A stretch of DNA of 62,300 nt, the filler included, from Choristocarpus tenellus KU-1152 (Eukaryota > Protista > Phaeophyceae): the NCBI GenBank assembly GCA_964200185.2. It is 4 parts of 4 records of this genome, joined end to end, with 100 filler letters (N's around TTAATTAATTAA, not from the genome) between each part and the next. Parts side by side here need not be neighbours in the genome. Positions count along the whole stretch, not along the records: positions 21,648 to 46,656 come from CAXNAD020000193.1; 3 more parts are not named here. One strand, 5' to 3'. The notes below the pieces were generated by a model. It searched no databases, was not told the DNA's origin, and saw only the letters and a list, made by a program, of their open reading frames with translations. The translations under genes were made by a program, and so were the position numbers. Below, one piece after another: positions 24,601-39,600 of the stretch (position 1 is the stretch's first letter; each line of letters begins with the position of its first letter).

Positions 24601-27600
24601 GGAAGTAGAGGAAACCCTTGAAGGGGGTGAGGTAGGAAGGGTTTCCACCCTTCATCCCAGGGTAAATATCCTTCACGAGAACAGTCCCAGGACTGGTACC
24701 ATCTGTTCTCCAAAGCTCTCTGCCATGGGTGCTATCACCAGCCTGAGATTGAAGTAAAAAAAGGGGAAGTCCATTGTCAATTCAGAATGATCAGGAGTTG
24801 GGGAGGTGGACATATGTGATCCAGGGTTTTTCATTGGCCAGACCAGGACCCATAAAACCTATTAAAACAACACAGAACGATTCCAATACACTGCAAAGAT
24901 ACACAGGGTACCATTGAAGAAAAGGAATACAAACTGCAATACTCCACTCTCTAGTACAGTACAAGATAGGAGAAGCACAATTCAAGTGATAGGGATCTTG
25001 AGAGTGAGTGCAAGTTGAATATTGACAACTGATACTGGGACATTACCCACCACAACCGACAATTTGTGTTGCTGAAATATAGCAACAATACATCATTTCT
25101 ACATTAAACTGCCGAGATCAACATCACACGCATACAGTCCTATTATCCAGTCTACTGAGCACACCGTGGATATCCCTACCCACTTTCATAATTGTTTGAA
25201 TAATATAGTACACTAATATATACCTCACCCAACCCTCTAACCTGGAAGAAGAGGTATCCTCCCCATGAGACAAAGTGGCATGGGGATCCATCCCCAAGTC
25301 CCTCATTGATGTCTGCCACGAGAAAATTCTTCCATTCAAGCTTCTTCCCCTTCCCCCAACTCCCAGCATCTAGTCCTGGAAAGACACCTTGGCTCCTCCA
25401 CAGCTCGGTGCCAGTACGATGAGGAAGATATCCAGCTGCCATTACCGATGAGGCTATTGCACTGTGCCAGCGTGCCCCGTCCAAGCGCCTCTCCTCCTTT
25501 TCATCAATCCAGAGCCTGGCTTGCCCATCCTCGGACATTGGTAATGAAAGCATGGGTGGGTCATTGACTGGATGAACAATGACAGGGACGTACGCCCATC
25601 CCTTTCCACCCTGCCTCCAATTTAGTTGGGCACTGCCAAAGCCAGCCTTACCATCATGGCCAGTGGAACCCGACAGCCCATGGTCCCAGGCCTCTACTAT
25701 TATTCTCGCTCCAGGCCCGAAGAAGTCCTTATTAGGAAGAAAAACAAGAGAGCTTAGTGCTATATTCGCATCATTGAGAGAAGCAGAGAAAGTCAAAGTT
25801 CGAGCACCACCCATGTCAACGTGTTTGGCCTTGGGCATTCCATTCTCATCAAGAAAAATTAAACCAGAGAGATGTGAGCTCAGAATAGGCCCCTCCACAT
25901 CCCTCTTCGCTGTGACTGTCTCACCAGTACCATGCGCTTCATCCATGTTGATAAATACCTTACCATGTCTAGCTCTAAGAGTGACAATAATATCAGCATC
26001 TGGACCTCCAACCTCCCACAGGTCCACATCCCGAATAGTGAACCCTGGTATGTGCAGAGGTTGGTCCTCATTAATAAATGCCATCTCTCCTGAAAATGCA
26101 GCCATAGATAAGAGGTCTGGAGCACGGACTAAAGGGTCCCTTTGTGGAAAGGGTGGTGTAACAACTGGAGGGTCATTGACAGGAGTCACACGCACAAGGA
26201 TATAGATAGTATCCTCCTGTACACTATTTGTATAATCCTCATTCGCTCTGGCTGAGGCCAACACCTCATCAGCACGAATCCTAACAGTGTCAATCCCATT
26301 CCAATTCAAATTTGGCCAATATGACATGGCCTCCAGCGCACGATTGCAGTCCTCCAAGGAGCCTATGAATCTTGCTGCTCGCCACCACATGGATCCAGGT
26401 GCCCCAAACCCTCTATCATTGCCACCTCCGTCCCTTCCTGTAGTGAAATTGGCCTCCTCGCTCGACTCAGTCAAGTATGTTGCACCTTGAGTGAATGGAC
26501 TGGTCTCTATCTGGATTTCCTCTTCCAACTCCCATGCTGGAGCAGCAAAGGCCAACTTGGCTGTCCAGGGGAAAATTATTCGCCCATGTTCAGACTCCAC
26601 TGTGACACGATACAGTCCTTCTCCACTTCCACCTTCCACTCCAGGGTATTCCTCATATGGTGTACCAGGGGAAGGCAGCCCGAGGACCTGCTCATGTAGC
26701 TGACGAGGGTTCACCTCAGCATCATACAAAGTGACATTGTGCAGTGTGATACGGCCATCTTCAATCACCTCCATGGTAGGAGGTGGCTTTATTGATGAGC
26801 TTAGACCTTCATCCTTCCTCTGCTCTTGAGATTGTTTCCCGGACTGAGCTGTTACTATCAGGACTGGGGGATCATTCCTTGGTGCTACATCCATTGGAAT
26901 AACTCTAGAGTCACTTCTAGGTCCTCCGGCTCCAGTGAACCCTCGGTCATCCACTGTGATCACAATTTCATCCATGCCGTACCAGTCTGGGTCTGCAGAA
27001 TATGTTAGGCGAGCAAGAGCAACATTGACGAAAGAGAGGATCCCTCTGAATTCAATCCTATGTCCAAGATTAGGCTGAGTGCCTCCCATAAATGCCACCC
27101 CCAGAGACATTGTGGATCCAGAGAATCCAAGCAAGCCATGACTAGTCGATATTTCCACATCGATCGAAGCCTCTAGTCCACCCTCTTCTACATCTGGATC
27201 CTCAATATACACTCCTTCAATCGTGCTGGTCACATCTTCCTCTACAGTAAGTCGTGCTACAGAGGTAATTCTGCGGCACTGAGACGCCCTAGGGGCTGGG
27301 TGCTGAGGTGAGGGATCACCTATCCGTCCATCCAGAGCCTCACAGGGTTCTTCCACGTAAGTTGCACCAGGAACATGTACTTGAGGGGGGTCATTATGTC
27401 TTGAAGCCACAATCACCACCACAGTGGCATGAGCAGTGAGCCCACTAGGATCCTCGCATAAGATTTGGATAGCATCCCCCTGTAAGAGTAGGTAGGTAAA
27501 TTAGCGTGCAAGGCTGAAGTGAGCAAGAACTGACAAATTTATGAAAATATGTGACAGTTACAATCTTGAATTTTGTGAGAGCCTTGATTAGCCCATAGTT

Positions 27601-30600
27601 CGACTGAAGTTGGGTGAACTCCATTGCATGGGAATTGTTTGTTAACAACTCTGTTGGTCACATTAAACGTACGGGTCATATGGTCAATATAATTCATTAT
27701 AAAAAGTCACCTTGTTTGGAATGATTTGAATTTAAAGTGAAAAAACGATAAAACAACAATGGGGTGCATATAATGAAAGCACTACCAAAAAACCCAAACA
27801 ATTAACACAAAAGAAATACTTGGAAGAGTATAAGATATCTTTTTCAAGAACATCATGAGACTATTCAATGTGAAGAAGGCTACAAGTATATGCGCTGGTT
27901 CAACACCGTTGCTGTTGGCCTTCCTATTTGTTTTCCAGGTACGAACCTGCTTCATCGAGGTCCAATGTGTTGGGGGAGTGTAGACCAGTTTTGACAGAGC
28001 TGCATTTAGTGCCGATTCCGGCCCAATCACTACAACTTTCTCTTCTCCCTCCCCTGTCCCTTCCTCAAACTGCAGCCCAGCATTGGATGCCTGTGGCAGT
28101 CCCACTGAACCTCGCCTTGTAGAGATAGCGACCCTAATCCATGCTTCTCCATCAGGGTCAGTTACTCTGACACCATGAACAACACTTGTCATATCTTCCT
28201 CTGCTTGGAGAGGAAATGAAGGAGCCTCCAAGAATGGGGGATCACTTTGGGGGTGGACGATGACAGAAACAACTTGTTGATGTTGGAGACCTATTCCAGA
28301 GATCTGGTGACCAAATAATAGTGCAACACATAGTGTGCTGAGGAGTTCAGTACTCCTAGAGTTGTTGGACTTTGAGAAGCAACATCTTGAATGCCTTGGA
28401 GGTACAAAGAGATATGAAGCAAGCTTGGAAGAGGTGGAGGTTCTTTGTTTCTCATTTGCACAAAATAAGAACGAGAAATCGAATAAGGGGTGATATGTTA
28501 CTAGATATAGGAGCTTACAGCTGGTTGATATTTCGCCATATCAACGGCATTCATATGGCGTCAAATCTGAGAGTTAAAGTCCTATATTGTTTTACCGCAA
28601 AGGAACTGCAACATGATCACAATGAGATTGCAAATTTGTAGAAATTGCAACATATGTCAGATGTCTCTTCACCTGAGCTGACCAACCCTGATCATTGACG
28701 GCAAAAGTGAGGGTGTCGTTCCCATTCCAATTTGGATTAGGGATGTAGACTAGACTATGTAATGCTGTGTTGGTGTTGGCCAATCCTCCATGGAAGGATG
28801 CTTTGTTACTGAAGTACACCCCTGCAGCCCTTTGAGATACATCACCAGAAACAAAGCCCAGGCCATCAGAAAAAGCCAGGTAGAGCATGCCGTGTTCACT
28901 TCCCATTGTAAAAAGAACGGTCGCCCCTTGTCGCTCATCAAGGTCAACGTCTGCCGGGGTAAGGGCAGTGATGATCCAGCTTTGGAGTAAGTAAAAAAAT
29001 AGACAGAAAAAGAGAAGAGTAATATGGTGCTACTCCACATATGCAACCACTGATATCATAGGAGAAGTATGCTTTAGCTGACACAGCTACCAAATTAGCT
29101 CGCAATCTAGTTTTCGAAAACAACAAGTCACCCCAGTCATGACAAGAAATTATTGCAACATATTTCACGGTACAGTTTCAAAGTGGGCTAAAGTGGGATT
29201 TCATTGGGTTGAAGACCTGATGTATAGGTATATCGAAGCTAATAACGAGAGGCTTATTTTTCTCACTAGATTGGTAGAGGTCTGCAAAGCAGCTAACTGC
29301 CTCCAGTTCAACCATTGAAACAGGGCTCACAAGCTCTCTACCCATTTCTTGTTGGCTTCATTTTTTTAAATCTCGCCTTACCCGAAACAGATACTCCTAG
29401 CACCTCCAGGTTGACATCCTCCATGGTTTCCAGCGGCTGTACCATGGCCACCTCAGCCTCTCCCAACTCTGGCCAGAAAGTAGGAGATACTGGTCGGAAG
29501 ACTTGACCAGATAGCTGCACTCGTGGAGGGTCATTCACTGCTACTACCCTCACCCTGTGGTTCAACCATTTGTGAAAGGTGAAGGGGACGGGGATGTAAT
29601 TACCCTGTCCTGCGTAAAATAATACAATCTCTACCACCTCGCCAGAGATGGATCTTAAATCATCATACAAAAATAATTGGCATACTTCAATAGGTAAACT
29701 CACCACATTGAAAAAATGGTGTGTACAGCTATGGGCTCCACGCCACCCAGACCAGAATGACTATTGCTGACAGAAATAGTGAGCCTTGACAACGGTCGCC
29801 CCAGGGTGTTCCAGTGCACATCTCCACGGTACACCATCCTGTCGAAGGCATGGTTGATGTCGCCTGGATGACCATAGAGGACCATCCGTTCATCAGCAAC
29901 TCCGTCACCAACTTCAAAAGAAAGATCCACCGTTGTGGACAGAGTGAGTTGACCATGATCCACCAAAATTTCCACTCGAACCTGAAACATTGGAGGGGCA
30001 CCAATTTGCACCGATATTATGAAGGAAATTCGATTTTATAAAACAATATTACGTTGGCCCTTACGAGCTGAACAGGCATGAATATAATACCTTGAAGCAT
30101 GATCTCATTGTGAAAAGGGCATTACCTCTAGTGGAGTAGTAAAATTATGATCTGGAATAATGGTGTATCTATATACTTTCACCTGAAATGTGTAGTGCTC
30201 ATTAATACCCACACCTGTCCTGGCCATATTCTCTTGGTCTGGAACTCATCCAGATCAGAGAAAATGAAACCATCCATTTCTCCTGCAGCATACATGCCAT
30301 CCTTCTCATCGATATGTAGACCCACCACAACCAGATCAGAATCTTCAACGGCATCTAAGTACTCTTGACTGGGGAAATGTATGATGGGCTCATCAGGCTC
30401 CGACAAGATGAGGATTGGGACTGTTAAGGTATCACTCTGTCGAGGCAACAATTAAATGACAAAATGGGAATGGGGGCAAAGGTCACATTAGGTCGCTTGA
30501 CATTGGAAGTCATACTCAACCCAATGAAAGGAAATCTAGGAATTACTGTGCTTACGAAGAGTAAAGGAGTGAAAGTATCTTAGAGGGTACGAGTTTTGCC

Positions 30601-33600
30601 CTGTTTGTCCGTTTGGGGCTTGGTTTCCCAAAAAAAAATTATTCGGAGGAGATGAAATGTATACATTTAAAAAAGGTATGTCTGGAACAAGGATTTTGAC
30701 ACTTCCTAACAAACACCATAGCCAAAATTCCATCAAAATCTCAACTTTGGAGTTGGCCCCCAAACGGATGCGTCTCTACCCTCTAAGATACTTTAACTCA
30801 AAGTCCACTAAATAAGAACAAAGATGTATTTAAAAGAGGGATAGATCGGTTCTTTCTCCGCTTCAAACTGTCAAGTTGCTGCTCTTCTCTCCACTAGGCA
30901 AGTTTTGTATAAATTCCCTCTTGCTACAGCAGAGAAATCTTATAGCAGACAAAGTGATGAGCTGGTAGAGGGATCACCCTCTCAATGTGGTTCTGCTCCT
31001 TGCTGTCACTGGATACTGACCTTCCAAACTCCAATCCTCTAACAGTAAAAAATTATTCATAGATTCAAACCAACTAAAAGGTAGGCAGGGTTGCATATTA
31101 AGGATCCCGACAAATTGCAAAGAGACAATATGTTGTTCAATTTCAGAAAGAGCATTCACTTAATTGCGGTGTGACTTTGTGTGTGGAAAGGGGGAACATC
31201 GATTTTGCGTACACTAATATGCATAAAAAGCAACGAAATAGATTGCATTGCAGATGGTAAGAAAAATGGATTGGAATGCGAAAGGTTCAAACCTGCTTAC
31301 CTTTCAATTGGTTTGGTTCATATCAAGGGCAAACTCAATGACAAACTCCTCCAACCAAAAGAAGACCTACCTGAATAGAGTGTCAAGATCAAGTCTAGAA
31401 AATGCAAAGGGTTATATAAACAACCCAATTTCTTTCAACAACTTGATCCTCTACATGCTGTACATACTTAGTGGTGCACAATGCAAAGGGTCAGGATTGA
31501 AGATCACGAGTTTTCGTCCAAGATAAGAGTGAAGGGAAAAGGAAAAAAACACAAAAGTGAAACAGAGAACTCTTCATTGATTGCAACAGGGCATTATCAC
31601 TGAGTGCAGAGCCTAGAAAAAAAAAATCCCTACATCCCAATTGCGTTTCTTCTTCCTGTAGAAATTCCCCTTCTTCCTCACCTGTGGGCATCCTCCCTGG
31701 TGATAATTCAATCCATGTTGACCTGCCCTACCTCTAGCCCCACGGGAGCAGAGGATACCCTGACCATGATGACCTAGATCACTTACAGTGATTATGACTT
31801 CATCCGTGCCAAAAAAGTCTTGCCTACCTCGGTATGTCAAGCCAGAAAGAGCACGATTGATGTTGGGTAGTGAAGCCCTGAATGATATGGATTGGTCATC
31901 ATGACCATCACCTGCCAGAAAGACCGCCAATGAAACACCACCTGGCAATGACAATGTTCCATTACTTGCATAAAGTGTGACCTCCATCATGGCCTTGTCA
32001 TCATAGTGACCAAGATCAACATCTCGCACCCAGAGGCCTTCTAGAAGAGTATCCACATCCTCTCGTGCAATAATCACATCCACTCCAACAACAGTAGCAG
32101 AAAGGCCATCGTGGGTTTGCCTCAATGGATCATATTGGGCCCCAGTCATGTCAATGACAGGCAAGTCATTCTCGGGAAGGACTAGAAAACGCACAACTGC
32201 ACTTGCACTGCTACCCCATGCATCATGCACGGTAAGACTCAACTCCTAGCCAGATACAGTATAGCAGGGTGTTGTGGGCCGTTCAGTGAGAATGTGCACA
32301 AGAGAAACAGGAGTTGATGCAATCTACTAGTACATTGAGAGAATAAGACATTCTTCATGTTGACAAGAAGCAGCATTGGATGAAATTATGCAAAGTTATA
32401 CTCATTTAAAACAATTTAACCCCTGATAGAATGTTCTTGAAGTGGGCAGAATAAGTAATCTCCCTTGGTCCAAAATATCAACCAAAGCAAGAGGTAATGA
32501 AAGTACTTGCTCCCTACCTCTGGCATAGGTGGCTCCACCCTGTAGGTAACAGTATCAGATTTTGGTCCTCCCCAACCCCAGCTGTTCCAATTGCGATCAC
32601 TCTGATATATCATGCCCCGAAGTGCTTGTGAAACTGCCCACATCGGTCCAGTCAGTTGAAGTTCTGACATGAATCCATTCGGTACCAAACGATCCGTGCC
32701 TGATGAAACCCCTGTCAGGGTCACATCCGAGAGGACATCTTGTAGTAAGATTGCTCCGTAACGTGCGACCAATTTGAGCTCCACCTGCTCTATTGGAGCT
32801 GTTGAAGACTTATTTGCCTGGGACAGCAGCGTCCATCGGTTTTCATCACTGAGGGAAGAGGCTGTGATTGGGATATCTGGGTCTTCCAGGAGTATGCTTG
32901 AATTTGAAATGATGGATGCACCTTGAAGGTTTGGGAGTAATGACAGGGGACAACAATCTGTTCCCATCATACCAGGGGAGTCTTCGTGGGCAGTCAATGA
33001 TTCATTTTCGTCTCCCATCAAGGGTACAATGAGGCGTGGAGAATCATTCACTGGGGATACATCCACCACGAGGAGGATGCTGTCGTTAAGGGAACCATCA
33101 ATACTCTGCAAGGTCTTGCCCCCATTACCACGATCGTTCACACTCACCTGTAAATATAAAATATGAGGGGTTGGCATGAGGATAAGAGTCAAAGTATGTT
33201 AGAGGGTAGAGCCGTGTCCGTTTGGGGGTCAAAATCCAACATTGCCATTTTGATGTAATTTTGGCTATGGTGTTTATTTGAAAGTGTCAATATCCTTGTT
33301 CCGGACACACCTTTTCATAACATAAACACTATACCTACTCCGAAATGTTTTGAAGTTAGGTAAAATGTCATTAAAAAAAAAGGTGGGAAGCCAAGTCCCC
33401 AATGGACAAACAGGGCAAAACTCCTACCCTCTAAGATAATTTCACTCTAAGTCATATCTTGGGGACCTATAGCATGTGGTCTTTCAGGCTACAACGAGGC
33501 AAATGCTATTTTCAGCTCCACAAGAGTTAATATTGAGTATTCCTCATATTTTGTTCAGGCAAAACACTACAGTTTGAGCTTAGGATTGCTAAGAGAGAGC

Positions 33601-36600
33601 TGCAAGTGTTTAAAGTGATCAATAAATTATAACATTATATAGATTGCAATTTAAAAAGCCTCATTCATCCCTTGATTCAAGTTGGATAGGTTGACATGAC
33701 ATGTGCAACTGCAAGCTTTTGTCTTTTCAAAGTAAATCTACTCAAGATTTATCAGTGAGTTGCAGAAATTGGGGTTCATCGCAGAGCAGAAATATGCCTC
33801 AAAACAGCAAGACTCACCTCCAAGCCGTCAATCCCATTCCAGTCTGCATCTGGGGTATATCGGATTCCCCTCTCTAGACAAAGATTTATTCCTGCTAGAC
33901 CACCTGCAAACACAAGCTTTCGGGACCCCATTAACGGGTCTCCTTCAATAACCCTCAGTCCAACAGCACTGCCACTCAGGGATAGATTGCCATGCTCACA
34001 GCTCAGTTCCAGGCCGATTTCTGGCTCAAACGCCATCATGCCTGTTCCATCCCCGACCCTGGTTCCCCCACCAGGAGCATGAAACCCTTGAGGAAGGCTT
34101 AGGTTTTTTCCAGATGCCACAGTGTCTACATCCTGAATTCTTACCCCAAGAATATCTACGTGTTTGTCTTCCTCAGTTTGTACTAGGAAGCCAGCCCTCT
34201 GTTGGTTTTCTGATAGCACGTTCTTTTGAACCACAAAGGTACCAATAAGATTGGACACTTCCACCACGGGTGGATCATTTACAGCCGCTACAAAAATAAA
34301 AATCTCACGGAGTGTATGTGTGGTATTGCTCAAGGAAGTGATGCTACAATCATCGCTATTGCGTCCAATGTATCCAATATCCTTGCTCACATCAGCAACG
34401 TCCACCACTATCCTATCCCAACCATGCCAATCCTCGCGTGGTCTGTACTCCAGTGTCTTTAATATTGTGTTGATCCTTTCCAGGACTCCGCAGAGAGTCA
34501 ATGGGTTACGACTTGAGGTACCTTGTGCTTGACCGTTTAACTCCTCAATAGCGATCAAAATGTCGCCTGTGTCAGCAGTAATGGTCACCTTTGGAATAAG
34601 TCAGGGTGCATGAGAGGGAAGGTGGCGGTTCACACCAGGAAGCAGTGATTAGCTTGGACATCAACCCGAGTGACCTTGAAACATTGATTTGCATACATTG
34701 ACAATATTTAAGGTTAAGACAGAAGCTTGCTGTTGCTCATTCTCCCCTATTACTTCAAAGCAGTAAATGATATTGCACTTCCTGATTGACTATGTGTCAA
34801 GTATTCATACCAATTTGGTATGACAAGGAAAATTCTTGCCTGAAATGTTGAACCTTCGCTATCAGCGTCCTGTATCCGAAGGCCAGGCCCCCCTCCACTC
34901 AGTCCTACATGTGAGAATTCAGTAGGATCCAGCCAATCACTATCTCGCAAACAATCATAATATTCTAATTTCAGTGATACATCCTCATCAATCCCATGGA
35001 GGAAGGCTCCCTCTCCTTGTAGAATTTTTCCACACCAGTATACTACTGGAGGGTTATCAACTGGAGCGACTAATACACTGAATGACCCCCATCCAGATTG
35101 AGGTCCTCCAAAACCTGTAAAGCCATTGTCGTTGACACGAATAATTATATCAACACTGCCATGCCAATCCTGACGAGGAGAATAGGATAGGCTTGATAGG
35201 ACTTGCGATACATGAGCTGAGCTACCGCGAAATGCGAGACTGCTTCCCTTTGAAGAACCTGTCAATGGAAATGACACCCCACTGGGGTCAGCTAGGCAAA
35301 GACTTGCGCCATAGCCCCCATGTTGTAGACGTCTTGATGAAACTTGAGCACTGCTGCCACTCAGTCCTCTTGATGCTGTCCCAACTGCTCGCAGCATCAG
35401 GGGCACCTCAGGGTCATGCAGAAAAGCAACAGTCCAGCGTTGACCACCTTCAAGGGAAGTCTGGGATGCCCTAGCCGCTACCACGACTCCAGCTCCAGAG
35501 TCTGACGAATGCAATGACGAAAGAGCATTGAGGGCAGCAGATAATTCTTCGCCAGAACTGTCATGTGCCAGCGGTAAAGTATGAACCTCTCCATAGGAAA
35601 GGGAGAAGAAGCCCCCGACTTTGTTATGAAGAGACAGAGCGTCAACGGAGATACCACCTTCTCCAGATAGGTGCTTATCCCAAACCAACATTACAGGTAA
35701 ATCTTCTGGTGCTGCAATGAAAGTAATTGACCAAGTCACGGAGTCTTCATCTATGTAGACAGTTCTTGACACCTTGACATCTGCAGCTGGACCTAGAAGT
35801 GACCAGTTAGCTAGTCCTAGCAGTCGACTTTGGACTGACTCCCCTCTCCTGTGGCCAGGGGTACCACCAAATAGCCATACACCACTCTCCTCTTCAGCAG
35901 ATCCCACAGCCTCTGGATATATTGGCTTTGTCTGAGCTAGCTGTCGACCATAGTCTAAACCAAGCTGGAAATATCCTTTCACCTGTCGGAGTCCAGTTAG
36001 TGTCACTGCCACTATCTGGTTGATATGTTCAGCAGAGGACTTGATTTCCCACAGCTCAGGCACCCCTGTACCTTTCACTTCCTCTACAATTTTTATGGTA
36101 GCCCCATTACCATTTAGCCGAGAAGAATTTGCAATTAATAGAGGCAGATCCCCCCCATTCAAAGCATTGAAAAATGTCACGAGCCATGTACGTCCTCCAT
36201 TTGTGTCTGAGAGGACTGGTGTTGACACCTTAACTGCCGAAATTGATGGCAGAGCTTCAAGGGCAGTTGCAACTTCTACGCTTGTGGAATCATACCTAAT
36301 GGGAGTAGTGATAAAGCCTCCTAGGGACAACAAGAACGACCCAGAAAGCTGGATACCTCGGAGAACATAATCTATTTCGACCCCTGAGCTTGTAGGTCCA
36401 GACAGCTCATGGTTGACTACGACAAGTGCTGGGAGTGTGGCTGGGGCACCCATGAAAGTAATTCGCCACTCATGACTGCCAAAAAGACCAGGCTGAACAT
36501 CTCGTTGGCAGAAGACCTTTATCCCAAGTACTTGCATGGCAGTAAGAGACATAAGCTTGTTCTGAAGGGATTCTCCATCCTCATACCCGGTCCCAAGACC

Positions 36601-39600
36601 AGAGCGAACATCGTCTTCATTTGGAACTGCATTGTGCCATATTGGACCTGTACCTTCCACACCACAGCCATTGCATAGCCCTGAAAAATCCAAGCTGAGG
36701 TTAAATTTTCCATGCAGTGACATATTGGAACTACTGCTGCTCCCTGTTGCAAATGTCCTCACTGTCTGTATTGGATCCCTCTGGGAAGCTGATGTGGTCA
36801 CATTTTGCACCTCTAGGACGGATTTATGGCTAGCAAGTACCTCTACATTGAGGAAGCCATGTGGAATTTTTCGGACATCCTTATCCTCTACCTTGATCCC
36901 AGCTTGTTCTCCTGCTCTCTCCAACAAGCCACCCTCCATCATGCCTAGCACACTCATCTCTATCTTTACAGTTGGGGGGGTGTTAGTAGTCGTTGCCATT
37001 AACGGAATCTCTAGAGAGGCCCCAGCATCACTATTAGAGACTCGGACAATGAGAACAGGGGTCAGCGAGGTTAACCCTTGTGGTTCTAAGTAGACAACAA
37101 CATCGGAGAGCACAGCATTGATAATACTAAGATTACCACGGAAAGCTGTACCTGCTCTTCCCAGACCCTCATTCGATTCTTGAAACAGAACACCCTCTAC
37201 TGCATTGGTGAGTGAAATATTTCCCACAGAACCAGTTGTCTCCAGTTGCACTGTGAGGACCTTACCTTGAGGAAGGTCGCTGTCCTCAACACTAATACCC
37301 CGCAGCACCACAGCATTGCTCAGCGGCAACTCCTCTGCATGAGCGTTGCCTGGCCAATTGATAACCGGAGGGTGTCTGACGCCCAAAGTATTGACTGAAA
37401 ATTCATAGCGATCAAGCATCCCATCAGGCTTCCCACTCCTCTCTACTTCTACAACTACAACATCAATATGAGTGCTATTATCGCTAAGGTAAACTAGAGC
37501 ATCAAGTGCTGTATTGACAGCTGCCAAAGTGCCGCAAAACACTAAAGTTTTTCTTGGAGTCCCAAACAGCCCGTTAAGGCCCTTGCCTGCAGCAATAACT
37601 TCTGCTGGCCACTTTGACCCTGGCAATGGAGATAGACCAGGTGGCACTGCCGACAAACCAACTCTTCCAATCATTGCAGAGATGGACACAGTAAAAGATG
37701 CCATGGAACGGCGGATAAGAATTGCTGCTGCAACCACAGGATCGAAGACAGACAAGCCTCTTAGTCGTGATACTTCACCCTCAACAGCAACAAAGGTATC
37801 ATTCACCAACAAGATTTGTGGTCGCACCGCAGGGTTCAAAATTGTAACCAATGTAGTTGCATGACCTACATCACCATGCTCATCTGTGGCCTCTGCGTGG
37901 ACAATATCACCACCCTCCCAGCCTTCGCTCTGGGGTTGATACCAGATGTGTGAAAGGGTGCGTTTAATGTCCGCCAGAAGTCCTGTAATTGAGACTGATT
38001 TGTTCTCCCTATCGTTGACTATAGCAACTGTTGTGGACTCCGAAGAAAGCATGGGTAAGAGCTCTGCAGTTATGGATCCCCTCTCTGCGTACATTATCAC
38101 TTTGATTACTACGCTGTCCAGCCCGTCTACATCTTCCACAGTGATGTTCTGGAGTAGCAATGCTCCTTGACCATCTGTGCGCTGATACGAAATTGGTAGT
38201 GAAACTTGTGGGGCATCATTTATAGCTTCAACCTCCACCTGCAGAGATCCATTCCCTGAGAGGGGTCCACCTTGGCCAGTGAAGCCTCTGTCATTTACCT
38301 CAATCAGTACATGCACCATACCATTGAAGTCCCTTGAGGCTGTGAATTGTAATCCCTGTAGGACAACATTGACTTTGTTCAATTCGCCATACAAGGTGAG
38401 AATACCTGAATCAGATATGCTCCCCCCTCTTCCTATATTTGCACTCTTCTCAATAGCTACACTGCTCAAAGAACGCTTGAAAGATAGTTGTCCTGCGGCC
38501 AACGGCTTGACCTGAAGGGACACCTGACGAACACATCATAGATCACACGAAAAAAATTAATCCTAATGCTTTGGATCGATGGACTGCAATATATTTAACT
38601 CAAGGTCCTCATGGCATGTAAATAGCATTATGTATTTAATTGTAGGTTAACTTGTGGCGCTATTTCTCTTTGTTATCAACGCGCACACAGCTGAAGAGCT
38701 GATAGTATTCCGAATGCACTGGAAAAGCATGGACAAGTTTGAGATTGATACTCTCTTAATGGTCCTAAGAATTCAGGCGTACCCCAAACTACTAGAAAGC
38801 ACCAACTCCACCAATGGCATTTCCACCTCTGCTTTGCAACATAAACATCAACATTCGGTCAAATCATAGTTTTCAATATCTCTCATGTCAATGACTATTG
38901 CCTTCAAGTGCAAGGGTGCTGTCTGGAAGGGAGAACATTGGAGCTGTCCTTGCAAGGATCATTGCATCACTTAGGGGTATGACCGTTAGGCTCATTGAAT
39001 ATTTTGCTTCAATGCAAGACAAAACCATATGTCAGCGTTTTTATAACAGAGCCCTATCTTACCAGAAGAATACTTACACAGCGTTTTTGGGTGCTCTAAA
39101 GTAAACTGGGTTACAGACTCTTCCAAATATTTCTTCTCCATGCACAATGTCGATGAATCTTTTACCGAAACTAACAGGCCGTTCTTCCTGGGTCATACTT
39201 GTTCTGTAATCAGGGTTCTAATGTTCTAGCAAGTACGAATAACTGAGACTCCTCTAGCTCGTGCTCTCATTTGATAGGATATATTGGTGTACTCTGCAGT
39301 AGAGGTTCAGAGGGGTAATTGTAATCCAGTTGTACAAGTTACTCGGATGGTAACTTTATACATGAAGGAAATGCTGTCAGATGGTAGATACTAAACCTTT
39401 GCCCACATGAACAGAAGAAAAAGTGGAAGTATTTTAGAAAACTCAAAAAACGAACTCCTGATCCATTTTCGTGTAGCATGGGAATCATATGTCAACAACA
39501 CTACGGGCTACTGCCACATCAAATTCAAGCAATCTTTGAGCTCGCTTAGAAATTTATGTGTACTTCATGGTCAAGATTCCCTACATCTATATCGTTTATG

